Virus record (IMG/VR): IMGVR_UViG_3300010163_003545
Span: 5,287-69,286 of that record
Source: a virus
Strand: one strand, 5' to 3'
Length of the DNA stretch: 64,000 bases
Below are positions 28,361-37,401 of this stretch, piece after piece (the stretch's first letter is position 1; each line of letters starts with the position of its first letter). The notes under the pieces were generated by a model. The model saw nothing but the letters and a program-made list of their open reading frames with translations, was not told the DNA's origin and did not search any database. The position numbers were made by a program, and so were the translations under genes.

Positions 28361-29230
28361 ATGAGTAATGTGATTAAGGGCTTCAAGGTTTTTAATCCAG
28401 ATTGGACTTGCCGTGGTTTTCAATACAAGGTTGGTGAAACCCATCATTATGATGGGGAGATTGGCTTGTGCAAAGCCGGTTTCCACTTCTGCCAGGTCGC
28501 GTCTGACTGTTTCAGCTACTACAGCTTTAATCCCAATAACAAGGTTGCGGAAGTGGAAGCTATCGGGCTTACGGAAACGCAAGGAGATAAGTCCGTGACG
28601 AATTGCCTCCGCGTCGTTCGTGAAATTTCGTGGCAAGAGCTTCTCACGATCGTAAACACCGGAAAGTCGTGTACTGGCCTCTGCAACAGCGGCGACTGGA
28701 ACAGCGGCAACCGGAACAGCGGCGACTGCAACAGCGGCAACCGGAACAGCGGCGACTGCAACAGCGGCAACCGGAACAGCGGCAACCGGAACAGCGGCAA
28801 CCGGAACAGCGGCGACTGGAACAGCGGCAACCGGAACAGCGGCAACCGGAACAGCGGCAACCGGAACAGCGGCGACTGGAACAGCGGCGACTGGAACAGC
28901 GGTTTCTTCAATACGGACGAGCCTTTTGCGCGAAGCTTCAACAAGCCGACGAAAATCAAGGTGTCGGAGTTCTATAACATTAAAGGCGTTAAAATCCTTA
29001 ACTGGAATTACGAAAACGGCTGGTGGATCTACAGCGATAACATGTCCGAAGAAGAGAAGGCTGCGCATCCGGAGCATGTCACGACCGGTGGATATCTGAA
29101 AACCGTTCCCTTCCACGAAGCCTGCCAAATGATGTGGGAGAACCTTACCTCCAGTGAAAAGGCTGAGGTTCGGAAGATTCCGAATTTCGATGCCGCGATT
29201 TTTGAGGAGATCACTGGAATTAAAGCGTAA
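28361..29230 (+). CDS. NSG(N/D)(R/W/C) pentapeptide tandem-repeat protein with a conserved N-terminal KGFKVF…DWTCRGFQY…GFHFC domain
   Basis: A central run of about 19 five-residue repeats (N-x-G-x-x periodicity) is encoded by the 15-bp DNA tandem array. RBS GAAAGGAAGGAA before the ATG at 28361. Confidence 0.6.
   Translation: MSNVIKGFKVFNPDWTCRGFQYKVGETHHYDGEIGLCKAGFHFCQVASDCFSYYSFNPNNKVAEVEAIGLTETQGDKSVTNCLRVVREISWQELLTIVNTGKSCTGLCNSGDWNSGNRNSGDCNSGNRNSGDCNSGNRNSGNRNSGNRNSGDWNSGNRNSGNRNSGNRNSGDWNSGDWNSGFFNTDEPFARSFNKPTKIKVSEFYNIKGVKILNWNYENGWWIYSDNMSEEEKAAHPEHVTTGGYLKTVPFHEACQMMWENLTSSEKAEVRKIPNFDAAIFEEITGIKA
28685..28903 (+). repeat. 15-bp tandem repeat AACAGCGGC(A/G)AC(C/T)GG, about 14.6 copies
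   Basis: Direct in-frame tandem array inside the 28361..29230 CDS. Confidence 0.9.
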
Positions 29231-29464
29231 ATCAGTCTATTCAAGTGATTATAAAATTCTCGTCTAACGACTTAGTAAGCAAGGTGAGTGTGTTTGCCCC
29301 GCTCTCTCGGTTACATCTAGGGCCGAGAGTTCGCGGGGCAAGCCATCTGTTTGAACAGTTCTATCGTGAGAGTTGTTTATGAATTGGGCTTATTGCATGA
29401 CCCCATGAAAATACATTGTCCGCAAGATAATGAATCAATCAACGCACAGAAGGAGGCGTAAGCT

Positions 29465-29842
29465 ATGAATTGCTGTTCATCCTGGATTCTTTACGGAAGA
29501 TATCAGGACGGGAAGCACTTCTCGGACGAAGATGTTGGATCGCTGCTCGACAAACTGAACGAAGCTGCTTATACGTATTATTCCTCGGGAGCGTATGACA
29601 GATATCTCTGTACATTCACGACTGTTTATTGGAGCAGCTACGAAGAAGTGATCAATATAGTCAAGGAGCTCTCCAGAGCAATACCAGATGCGGTATTTTG
29701 TTTGGAATATCATAACACAGATCAGGACGTTGAGTACGGTGCCTACCAACGCATTTACTTCAAAAATGGCCTATGCGAAAAAGTGGTTGGACATGTCGTT
29801 TACGACGCACCAAAGACCATCCCCTATTATGATGTTCCCTGA
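29465..29842 (+). CDS. hypothetical protein
   Basis: 125 aa. RBS GAAGGAGG. Confidence 0.45.
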   Translation: MNCCSSWILYGRYQDGKHFSDEDVGSLLDKLNEAAYTYYSSGAYDRYLCTFTTVYWSSYEEVINIVKELSRAIPDAVFCLEYHNTDQDVEYGAYQRIYFKNGLCEKVVGHVVYDAPKTIPYYDVP

Positions 29843-29863
29843 TATAGGGGCCGGAAGGATTAT

Positions 29864-30421
29864 GTGAATATGAACACTTGTGCTAAAATTTCCACCGCTC
29901 AGCGCGTAGCCGCCCTGAAGGCTCTTGGAATCTATTCGCCGTTGGGCAAGGCGCTTGGCAAAAAGCCGTGTGATATACGCTATTGTCTTGATGGCGAATA
30001 TCAATATGCATATTGCTCTGCGGCTGTCTTCCGCTGGCGTGTGGATAGCTTTACATTCCCCGTTGGCTATTTCAACGTCTCTCCCCTGAGTGACTCGGCT
30101 TTATCCTCGGTTAAGGCGCTTTTCGCAAGATATGACAATGAGAGTGGACAAGACTTCCCGATGGCAATCGGTGAGTTTAAGCGATCCTGTGCCGCTGGCC
30201 CGTTGAAGGAATGCTCGCCATCTGAAGCCTTTTCTCTGGCGAATAAACGTTTGAATCCTCGTTTGCTTTCGCGTGTCCTTTATACCATTTGCTCCCATGA
30301 AAACTGCATCCCGGTGTTCCGTTCATACGGCAACGCAGCACAGCCCATATACTTTTGTGGCGACCTTGGAGAAGCCGCCCTTTGTCCTCTGCGGCCATAT
30401 GAACAAGGGAAAGAAACATGA
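29864..30421 (+). CDS. hypothetical protein
   Basis: 185-aa ORF with a GTG start at 29864. An ATG alternative lies at 29870. Confidence 0.45.
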   Translation: MNMNTCAKISTAQRVAALKALGIYSPLGKALGKKPCDIRYCLDGEYQYAYCSAAVFRWRVDSFTFPVGYFNVSPLSDSALSSVKALFARYDNESGQDFPMAIGEFKRSCAAGPLKECSPSEAFSLANKRLNPRLLSRVLYTICSHENCIPVFRSYGNAAQPIYFCGDLGEAALCPLRPYEQGKET

Positions 30422-30478
30422 ATTTGAATCCAAATGTTAAGCTTGTCCACTCTGCCTTCGCGAAAGGAGCGTAAACCC

Positions 30479-30943
30479 ATGCATATTCTGGCTATTATAG
30501 CGATTTGTGTTTGTGTCTACTTCTGCGTTGCGCAACCTCTGTGGATGTTTATAGCTGTAAAGATGGAAAATGCCGAGCTCCGCAAGGAAAGAGAGTCTGA
30601 CGTCGTCCGTTTCGACGCTGGTGATCGTCTCACCCTCAAGCTGGCATCAAACCAAGCCGTTGTTGACTGCATCCCCAAAGAGATGAATGACCGGCGTATG
30701 ATTGAGGCCAAGCTTAAAGCTGAAAATCCCGACTTCTGGAAGCTGCCTCTTGATGAAAAAGAAAAGCGCATCCAGAACGCTCTGGTTCTTTACTATCGAG
30801 ATCCCGCCACTCCTCCGCCCTATGTGAAGTGGGTGAACAATTATCCGTGCCCGTCCCAGGAATGGCGCGATTATCTTATGGAGTTGGGCCGTAAGAGCCA
30901 TAATACAACGCTTGGCAATCCGAAGTTCCCTGACATTCCCTAA
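30479..30943 (+). CDS. membrane-anchored hypothetical protein
   Basis: N-terminal TM segment ILAIIAICVCVYFCVA. RBS GAAAGGAG. Confidence 0.45.
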   Translation: MHILAIIAICVCVYFCVAQPLWMFIAVKMENAELRKERESDVVRFDAGDRLTLKLASNQAVVDCIPKEMNDRRMIEAKLKAENPDFWKLPLDEKEKRIQNALVLYYRDPATPPPYVKWVNNYPCPSQEWRDYLMELGRKSHNTTLGNPKFPDIP

Positions 30944-30966
30944 TCTTTACATTTCCCATATGGCAA

Positions 30967-31005
30967 GCACCCGGAACTCCGGGTGCTTTTCTTATACCAA
31001 AAAAT
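30967..31005 (+). terminator. terminator plus conserved TTATACCAAAAAAT motif
   Basis: GCACCCGG-aact-CCGGGTGC hairpin followed by TTTTCTTATACCAAAAAAT. Confidence 0.5.
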
Positions 31006-31070
31006 CCGGGTGTTTCTTAGTGAACCATTCAATTTCAAGCCATGAATTGGATATGAAAGGAGCCATTATC

Positions 31071-31235
31071 ATGCACTTCAACTATCAGCCCACCTTGGTA
31101 TCCGCTTCTGCCCTGCCCATATTTGACCGTGCCACGAAGCGTTATCCTCATCTTCGCAACCGAAATTTGGATGCGAAAACCTTCTGCCAAAGTCTTTGCC
31201 GTCTGGCTGCTGTGCCAACCATCAGCCCCCCTTGA
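31071..31235 (+). CDS. small hypothetical protein
   Basis: 54 aa with a strong RBS GAAAGGAGCC. Confidence 0.3.
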   Translation: MHFNYQPTLVSASALPIFDRATKRYPHLRNRNLDAKTFCQSLCRLAAVPTISPP

Positions 31236-31239
31236 GTAT

Positions 31240-31554
31240 ATGTCTGTTGCAAAGGTTGCAAACGGAGAAATTTGGCCTGTGCCTGGTCGTGTGTATACGC
31301 TCAGGGATTGGGCTCGGAATGGCTCCTTCTCTGCTGTTCCTGGGCAGGAAGTCTCCGAATATGTGTATACAGCAATGCAGGGCTTTCGACCCACTTCTGA
31401 CTTCCCGAGTTGTGAATGCACACGGGACTTTTCTTCCGGTTTTATGTGTGATGAACCATATGGTGTTCAGCCTCGTACTTGGAAAATGACCTATCTCACC
31501 TTTGGCCGCATCGGAAATCGCTACTATTTCATCGGCGCGCTTCCCAAGGCGTGA
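31240..31554 (+). CDS. hypothetical protein
   Basis: 104 aa counted from an internal ATG of the 31123 ORF. Start is uncertain. Confidence 0.3.
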   Translation: MSVAKVANGEIWPVPGRVYTLRDWARNGSFSAVPGQEVSEYVYTAMQGFRPTSDFPSCECTRDFSSGFMCDEPYGVQPRTWKMTYLTFGRIGNRYYFIGALPKA

Positions 31555-31613
31555 AGAAAGTGAAACCACTTCATAGCCTCAAATATTAAGAAGAATAGGA
31601 GATCAGCTCTCAA

Positions 31614-32168
31614 ATGAAAAATGCAGTAAAAGTTTGTCTATACTGTGGTGTTCCCGTGCTCAAGCGCCCTTCTGGTTCCTTCTATTGTCCCCTTTGTGAT
31701 GAGGTTATTTCTGACTTTGAGATGGAGGATGCATCACTTCCGAGGATCCGGAAGCTTTGGGCGGAGTTCGGTGACGTGCCTATGAATCCTGAAACGGAGT
31801 GTATTGAGATGCCATGGCTGCTGTTCCCCGCTGGGACTCATCGTGAAGAAATTTGGCATTGGTTTGAGGAGGCATTCGGCGTAAGTGTGGCGGAAGATCT
31901 GATGGGCTGTGAATGTGAGGATGACATCGTAGATCAGCCAGAGCCAGCCACGCCTGTTATGAAACTGACCAAGGCACAGGTTTCCACCTTGAATAAAATC
32001 GCCCAAAGTGACTTCCAAAAAGCTCAGGCAATGCTGGATGGCATCAATTTGGTTCTCGACACTCAGTATGGATGGCTGGCAAAGCGTGTCGTATGGTTTG
32101 AGAATCCAAACGGTTCTGTTGCTGAAAAGTATGCCGCTGTCCATGACGCATGGGCAGACGCTGACTGA
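31614..32168 (+). CDS. hypothetical protein with N-terminal zinc ribbon
   Basis: CLYCG…CPLCDE motif pair. Confidence 0.45.
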   Translation: MKNAVKVCLYCGVPVLKRPSGSFYCPLCDEVISDFEMEDASLPRIRKLWAEFGDVPMNPETECIEMPWLLFPAGTHREEIWHWFEEAFGVSVAEDLMGCECEDDIVDQPEPATPVMKLTKAQVSTLNKIAQSDFQKAQAMLDGINLVLDTQYGWLAKRVVWFENPNGSVAEKYAAVHDAWADAD

Positions 32169-32188
32169 GGAAGGCAGCAGGAGGAAAC

Positions 32189-32419
32189 ATGAAAATCACT
32201 GATGGCAAGCGTACCATAGAAATCCGAATGATGATCTGGCAGGGAAGCGGCTATTCTCCCGAATGGTCGAATGATTTTTTTGACGCTGGCTTGCTGCCTT
32301 TTGACGAAGAAATCGGAGTGTATACCGTCCCCGATGTTGAATACTGCATCGACGCAGCGCAGGAATGGGAGAGCGAGGAAGAAAATAACACGGTTTTCGT
32401 TGATGAAATCGAATCGTAA
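32189..32419 (+). CDS. hypothetical acidic protein
   Basis: 76 aa. RBS GGAGGAAAC. Confidence 0.4.
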   Translation: MKITDGKRTIEIRMMIWQGSGYSPEWSNDFFDAGLLPFDEEIGVYTVPDVEYCIDAAQEWESEEENNTVFVDEIES

Positions 32420-32509
32420 TGAATCACAACAACCCTTTCACACCATAGCCGTCGCGCCGGAGGCTACGAAGACATAGAAACAATAATTTATATTTGGAGG
32501 AAACTAACG

Positions 32510-32830
32510 ATGAAGAAATATGTAAAATTGAATGCCCCTGTTTATGGAAAAAGCGATTATCTTCAGTGTGAATCCCTCTATTGGAAGGGTGCAGGATATT
32601 ACATTGAGATTGCCCCGGTGGAATTTGAGAGTGGAATGGTATCAATGGTATTTTGCAAAGAATACTTCGCGATTGAAAAGGCAGGGCATTTTTTGATCGA
32701 GCCTGCTGCGCGTAGAAGCGCAAAAAAGCAAGCGGAAGCGGATGCCCGCCTGGAGTTGTGCCTGCCCGACTTTGTGGATGAATATTTGAAACGTATTAAC
32801 CGGCCTGACCTGCATATTGTGGAACAGTAA
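32510..32830 (+). CDS. hypothetical protein
   Basis: 106 aa. RBS GGAGGAAAC. Confidence 0.45.
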   Translation: MKKYVKLNAPVYGKSDYLQCESLYWKGAGYYIEIAPVEFESGMVSMVFCKEYFAIEKAGHFLIEPAARRSAKKQAEADARLELCLPDFVDEYLKRINRPDLHIVEQ

Positions 32831-32845
32831 GAAAGGACGAGAGGC

Positions 32846-33559
32846 ATGAAGACTTTCAAAGACATTTTGAAGCAGATTGAGGCCACTTCTAGTGCGATTC
32901 GCGAAAGCGAGGAGAACGAAAAACGGCTTCTGGAGGAGCTGACGAAATCTTACGACTATGTAAGCCGCCACGCTCTCAAGAAAGAGCTTGAAGATGAATG
33001 GATCAAGGCAGAAGAAACTACCCGCGATTTGTACTTGACTATTCGACTTCTCCAAAACAATGCTCGTATTGCTTTGTTCCATGAAGTTATGCCCGTGTTG
33101 CTTGAAGTGCTTGCTAAGTATAAGGGTAAGCCTTACGGTGAAAAGACCCGTGAAAAGATTGCACTGGAGGTTAAAGAAAGAGCGGGCGCAAGCGCTTATG
33201 TTGGTACAAGGTACGATCAAGATGAAATCAGTATTTATCCGACCAAGGATTATGGAAACACTTATTCTATCACAGTTAGGACTAATTACGATACCGAAGC
33301 TAAAAAGTTCAAGCGAGTTTTGCTTGATAACAAGATTCAGGTTCTACCGCTTGAATGCTTCAGCCTTTGGTACGTCAAGTCTGAATATTTTGAGGATATC
33401 CCCACTGCCGTTGCTGAAATGAAGGAGCACTACAAGAGAGCCGTTGAAATGAAAAAAGAGCTTGCTACGATTTGCTCTGCTTTCAATAGATATGCTGTCG
33501 ATGGGGTTGAAAGCATCGATTGCAACCAAAGGATTCATGAAAAGTTACTGGTAAAATGA
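32846..33559 (+). CDS. hypothetical protein
   Basis: 237-aa ORF. Confidence 0.45.
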   Translation: MKTFKDILKQIEATSSAIRESEENEKRLLEELTKSYDYVSRHALKKELEDEWIKAEETTRDLYLTIRLLQNNARIALFHEVMPVLLEVLAKYKGKPYGEKTREKIALEVKERAGASAYVGTRYDQDEISIYPTKDYGNTYSITVRTNYDTEAKKFKRVLLDNKIQVLPLECFSLWYVKSEYFEDIPTAVAEMKEHYKRAVEMKKELATICSAFNRYAVDGVESIDCNQRIHEKLLVK

Positions 33560-33598
33560 GCATCTAAGATTGCACAACGCCGATGGGAGGGCAATTGC

Positions 33599-34081
33599 AT
33601 GGAAAATACCAACATGGGAACCACCAGCATGGAGAATCGTACAACAATTGAATCTAACGTAGAACAGGCAATGGAATACGTTCGCCAACATTACCGTACA
33701 GCCAAGGTGGAAACGCTAATCATTAAGTGCATCGAGGCACTCATCCGCAATCGCTACGAACAGCCCGATAACCGGCAAGACGAGGAATTTTTCAAAGGAT
33801 TTCTGTCCGCTCTTGGCTTTGACAGTGAGGAGATTAGACGAATCTTTGAGTGTGATTTTCCTGATAACATCCTCGTGCCGGTAGACGTAGGTATCGTCCG
33901 GTACTATCGTACTTATGTTATATGCTACGAGGGGGCGGATGAGGTCGCCATTCGCCAAAAAGCGATTCAGCAAATTGTGGAAACTCAGGAAGAACTGTTG
34001 ACACCCGATCCTGATTTGGACATTGAGGAGGATGACGTGATACGTCTGCGTGTTGATTTTGACGGCATCCAAGAAGATTAA
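33599..34081 (+). CDS. hypothetical protein
   Basis: 160-aa ORF. Confidence 0.45.
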   Translation: MENTNMGTTSMENRTTIESNVEQAMEYVRQHYRTAKVETLIIKCIEALIRNRYEQPDNRQDEEFFKGFLSALGFDSEEIRRIFECDFPDNILVPVDVGIVRYYRTYVICYEGADEVAIRQKAIQQIVETQEELLTPDPDLDIEEDDVIRLRVDFDGIQED

Positions 34082-34199
34082 AAGGTGTATTCAAATATAC
34101 ACTTGTGACCGATGAAAGCAAAATCATCATATATGTCAAAATCGGCATTGATGAATGTGGAAAGGCGCGCTATAATAAAGGAACAGGAGGTGGAATGCG

Positions 34200-34472
34200 A
34201 TGATGTACCCGTTTATGACGCTTGATGATGGAACGGAGATCGTTCATTCTGAAATGCTGGAAGATCAGCGGGTGAAGGTCTATGTGGAAAAGCCAGATGC
34301 CTCTGACTGTTTTCATTCTGCCACGTGCTATCTCCCTGGGTATGAATGGGAAGGTATATCTGGCTTCTCGGCAGAAGAACTAGCCCGATACCAGGAAGTC
34401 ATTGAGTCAACAGCCCATTTGATCCTTGAGTTCTCTAAGGAAGGCGGTTTTGAAAATGCCGCAAATTTTTAA
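34200..34472 (+). CDS. hypothetical protein (partner of the second DUF4160 gene)
   Basis: 90-aa ORF that overlaps the following DUF4160 gene by 17 nt. Confidence 0.4.
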   Translation: MMYPFMTLDDGTEIVHSEMLEDQRVKVYVEKPDASDCFHSATCYLPGYEWEGISGFSAEELARYQEVIESTAHLILEFSKEGGFENAANF

Positions 34473-34734
34473 GATCGGGTCATATTGGGTGTACTTCTGG
34501 GCAAATGAGAATAAGCCCTTGGAACCAATTCATGTTCACATTGCGGAAGGTGCGCCCTGTGCAAATGCGACAAAGGTATGGATCACCAAGGCTGGAAAGT
34601 GTTATCTTTGCAATAACAACTCTGATATTCCAGAAAAAATCCTTCGCAACATCATGAAGATTATTGAGGCACGTAGCCAAGAGGTTATGCAGAAATGGCA
34701 GAATTTCTTTGGTGAAACAACGTTTTACTGCTGA
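34456..34734 (+). CDS. DUF4160-family protein (second paralog)
   Basis: MPQIFKIGSYWVYFWANENKPLEPIHVHIAEG matches the DUF4160 consensus. Confidence 0.5.
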   Translation: MPQIFKIGSYWVYFWANENKPLEPIHVHIAEGAPCANATKVWITKAGKCYLCNNNSDIPEKILRNIMKIIEARSQEVMQKWQNFFGETTFYC

Positions 34735-34768
34735 TTCGCCACCGAGAGTAAATCTGGTTCTATAAATA

Positions 34769-34810
34769 GAATAAACGGGAAGTATAGCAACGCAAAATGC
34801 TATACTTCTT
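34769..34810 (+). terminator. rho-independent terminator
   Basis: GAAGTATAGCA-acgcaaaa-TGCTATACTTC hairpin followed by TTCTTTTATTTC. Confidence 0.6.
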
Positions 34811-34843
34811 CTTTTATTTCTTACCTGGAGCAAGGAGGATGAA

Positions 34844-35077
34844 ATGAATAGGCAAGCCCGTTCGCAGTTAAGTTCAATTTACAGCAAAATGGATACTCTC
34901 ACAGAGGAACTTGATGATATCATGCTAGATCAGCAAGCCGTGTATGATAACATCCCGGAAAATCTACAACAATCCGAACGTGGGATTGCTCAAGAAGAAA
35001 TCGTGAGTTCTCTTGATAACGCAGTTGAGTGCTTTCACCAGGGGCTAGCCAGTTTGCAGGAGGCGATCAACCGTTGA
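34844..35077 (+). CDS. hypothetical protein
   Basis: 77 aa. RBS GGAGCAAGGAGG. Confidence 0.4.
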   Translation: MNRQARSQLSSIYSKMDTLTEELDDIMLDQQAVYDNIPENLQQSERGIAQEEIVSSLDNAVECFHQGLASLQEAINR

Positions 35078-35091
35078 AACCATCGTGTGGT

Positions 35092-35268
35092 ATGGTTGTT
35101 CTGAATGCCGATGGGACAAGGGAATATCTCCGCTATGATAGCTATGGCCTTATGAAATATGAGGGGTATCGTATGGAAAGCGAACGAAATGGAATGGTTA
35201 TATGTTGGTGGAGTGAATTGGGAGAGCCGCAAGACTACTTAAGCAAAGAACGTTTATCACTTTTATAA
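35092..35268 (+). CDS. small hypothetical protein
   Basis: Internal ATG of the 35029 ORF. Weak RBS. Confidence 0.25.
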   Translation: MVVLNADGTREYLRYDSYGLMKYEGYRMESERNGMVICWWSELGEPQDYLSKERLSLL

Positions 35269-35290
35269 CAAAAGAGAGGGGCAAAACACA

Positions 35291-35650
35291 ATGACAGATG
35301 AAGCAAAGAGGATGGCATCAGTCGTCCGAAGATACGGTGACACGGATGCTATCTGGATGAAAATTGGGCATGGGCGTGTTCACCCGCTTACATATGCCGC
35401 TGAGATGATCGAGGGCTTGTCCGATCAGTGCGAAAGGCTTGAAAAGGAACGTGATGAATGGAGGCGTCGGTGCGAGGCAGCGGAACGGGATATCCGTAGG
35501 ATGTTGTTTGGCAATGGGTCTTGTTGTTACTGTGGAAAATTTGGGACGAACGGATGTAGTTGGCAGGAGTGTGAAAACGTTGCAGAATGGAGAGGCCCTT
35601 GTAGGGAGAACGGAGGTGTGGATGATGGCAATCAAGCCGATCTTGTTTAA
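35291..35650 (+). CDS. hypothetical Cys-rich protein
   Basis: 119-aa ORF with CCYCGKFG…C motif. Confidence 0.4.
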   Translation: MTDEAKRMASVVRRYGDTDAIWMKIGHGRVHPLTYAAEMIEGLSDQCERLEKERDEWRRRCEAAERDIRRMLFGNGSCCYCGKFGTNGCSWQECENVAEWRGPCRENGGVDDGNQADLV

Positions 35651-36275
35651 CACCGAGATGGTGAGGGCGCTTCTTGACGGGAGAAAAACGCAGACGCGGA
35701 GAGTGGTAAAACCGCAACCGCCTGCTACAGCCTGTGTAAGAAACCGACATGGTGGCACGTGTGACTGGGCGTTCTGGGCGGACGATGACGAGGGCCATGT
35801 GATGCAGTTGCCCTACCGCCCCGGCGACGTCCTTTGGGTGCCAGAAGCGTGGAAATGCGTCGGTATATACGGTGAACTGGGGTATGAAGTAGTGCTGCGG
35901 AGTGGTCGGCGGATGTTGTTCGAATTTGAAAGCCGCGAACGGGCACGAAAATGGGCGAAGTACCGGGACAAGCCGTCCTATCAGTGGCAATCTCCGTATT
36001 TCATGCCAAAAGAGGCCGCGCGAATCTTCCTTCGCGCCAAGGACGTACGGGTGGAGCGCCTACAGGATATCACGCCGGAACAGTGCATTACGGAGGGTGC
36101 TGATGACGGTTCTGCATTATGCGAAGTTGGAGGCGAGTTCGTGCGGGGGATGTTTAACGATGTTTGGGATAGCACCATCAAGAAAGCAGACCTGCCTCGT
36201 TATGGCTGGGATGCCAACCCATGGGTCTGGGTGATCGACTTCGAGCGGTGCGAAAAGCCGGAAGGGTGGTGCTGA
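35622..36275 (+). CDS. conserved phage protein (ASCH-like N-terminus ILFNTEMVRALLDGRKTQTRR)
   Basis: ATG at 35622 with RBS GGAGGTG. The N-terminal motif is characteristic of a widespread phage protein family. Confidence 0.45.
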   Translation: MMAIKPILFNTEMVRALLDGRKTQTRRVVKPQPPATACVRNRHGGTCDWAFWADDDEGHVMQLPYRPGDVLWVPEAWKCVGIYGELGYEVVLRSGRRMLFEFESRERARKWAKYRDKPSYQWQSPYFMPKEAARIFLRAKDVRVERLQDITPEQCITEGADDGSALCEVGGEFVRGMFNDVWDSTIKKADLPRYGWDANPWVWVIDFERCEKPEGWC

Positions 36276-36276
36276 C

Positions 36277-36501
36277 ATGGAAGCAAGGCTATTCACGCTC
36301 ATCAAGACTCTTGAAAACTTCTCAGACTATCGGCTTAAAATGATGGCCTCATCTATTAAGGTTGATGGCGTGCCGCTTCGCACGGCGGCAGAAGTGCGCC
36401 ATTTCCTCAGAAAAATGCAAATGCATCCTGACGGCGTTGTGTACATCCCTGCTAAGGGCTGTATCCATTACAATTCCAAACGGGAGGGTGGGTGCGAGTG
36501 A
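36277..36501 (+). CDS. hypothetical protein
   Basis: 74-aa ORF. Confidence 0.35.
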   Translation: MEARLFTLIKTLENFSDYRLKMMASSIKVDGVPLRTAAEVRHFLRKMQMHPDGVVYIPAKGCIHYNSKREGGCE

Positions 36502-36812
36502 TGACCGGAGCTAAGTTGATTGACGCGAATCCTATTATGAAGGCTTTGTTGAAAAAGAAAAGTGGCGTGGCAGACGGAAGGTTTACTGATGGATACAATG
36601 ATGCACTGATGCGCTTTAGGTCTATGCTCCACAGCGCTCCATCTGTTGACGCTGTTTCTGTTGTACGGTGTGGCGAGTGTATACAGCGCAATACTGTGAA
36701 TTGTCCGATGTGGAAAGATGAAGTCAGATACCCTATAAAGGACGATGGCTTCTGTTGTTACGGTGAACGGAAGAATGGCGTCGGAACCGCGACAAACCTC
36801 GCACCGCAATAG
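36501..36812 (+). CDS. hypothetical Cys-rich protein
   Basis: CGEC…C…C motifs. RBS GGAGGGTGGG. Confidence 0.4.
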   Translation: MTGAKLIDANPIMKALLKKKSGVADGRFTDGYNDALMRFRSMLHSAPSVDAVSVVRCGECIQRNTVNCPMWKDEVRYPIKDDGFCCYGERKNGVGTATNLAPQ

Positions 36813-37006
36813 TTAAGCACCATTGTTGTTTTTGCGGCGCGAAGATGGATGCGGAGGGAACGGCGAATGAAGACATTCGCGACTGCACTGATCACTAGCT
36901 TGATATGGCTGTTAGTGGGGATGGCGGCCGTACTTTGGTACTATCATCGGAGATACAACGACGGATCAGAAAGCGTATTTATGACATGGAAAAAGAGGAG
37001 AAGAAA

Positions 37007-37318
37007 ATGAAAAGCATTGATTATGTAAAACGGTACGGGTCTAGGATTTTGTCTGGCGATATGGATGCAGCTATGGAGGCGGCTGTCGAGATGGCGAATT
37101 TGCTTTTAAGCGAAGCCAATTCTGAGTGGAGCTGTTGCCGCAACCAATCGGAAAAGCTGGCAAACGCGTTGTTTCAAAAGTACAACCGGAAAGGCAACAC
37201 TATTGCGGAGCTGTTTAAGCGAGAGTATGGTCGAGATATCTTGAATCCAAATTGGTTCAAAGCTTGCGTTGAGATTACGAATGAAAACAAGGAGCAAAAG
37301 AGCGCTCAGCATTCGTAA
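37007..37318 (+). CDS. hypothetical protein
   Basis: RBS AAAGAGGAG before the ATG at 37007. Confidence 0.4.
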   Translation: MKSIDYVKRYGSRILSGDMDAAMEAAVEMANLLLSEANSEWSCCRNQSEKLANALFQKYNRKGNTIAELFKREYGRDILNPNWFKACVEITNENKEQKSAQHS

Positions 37319-37401
37319 ATGAGGGGTAGGTGAATAGGCAGGGGACGCTTCAGCGACGGGGCGTCTCCTTGCAACTATCAATGATAGAGGAGGATTTTTC
37401 A

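Noticed and set aside
28685-28903. Possible CRISPR array
   Set aside because: 15-bp units directly abutting with no spacers, inside a CDS, and in frame. Not a CRISPR.
28295-29128. 277-aa minus-strand ORF with AAVPV repeats. The minus-strand ORF 28519..28959 and the plus-strand ORF 28630..28977 (QRQPEQRRLEQRQ…) are related.
   Set aside because: These are alternative-frame or antisense readings of the 15-bp tandem array. The NSGNR frame, with its RBS and flanking non-repeat domains, is the coherent one.
29285-29345. tRNA-like element
   Set aside because: Only a single long hairpin. No cloverleaf (no D or T arms) could be drawn.
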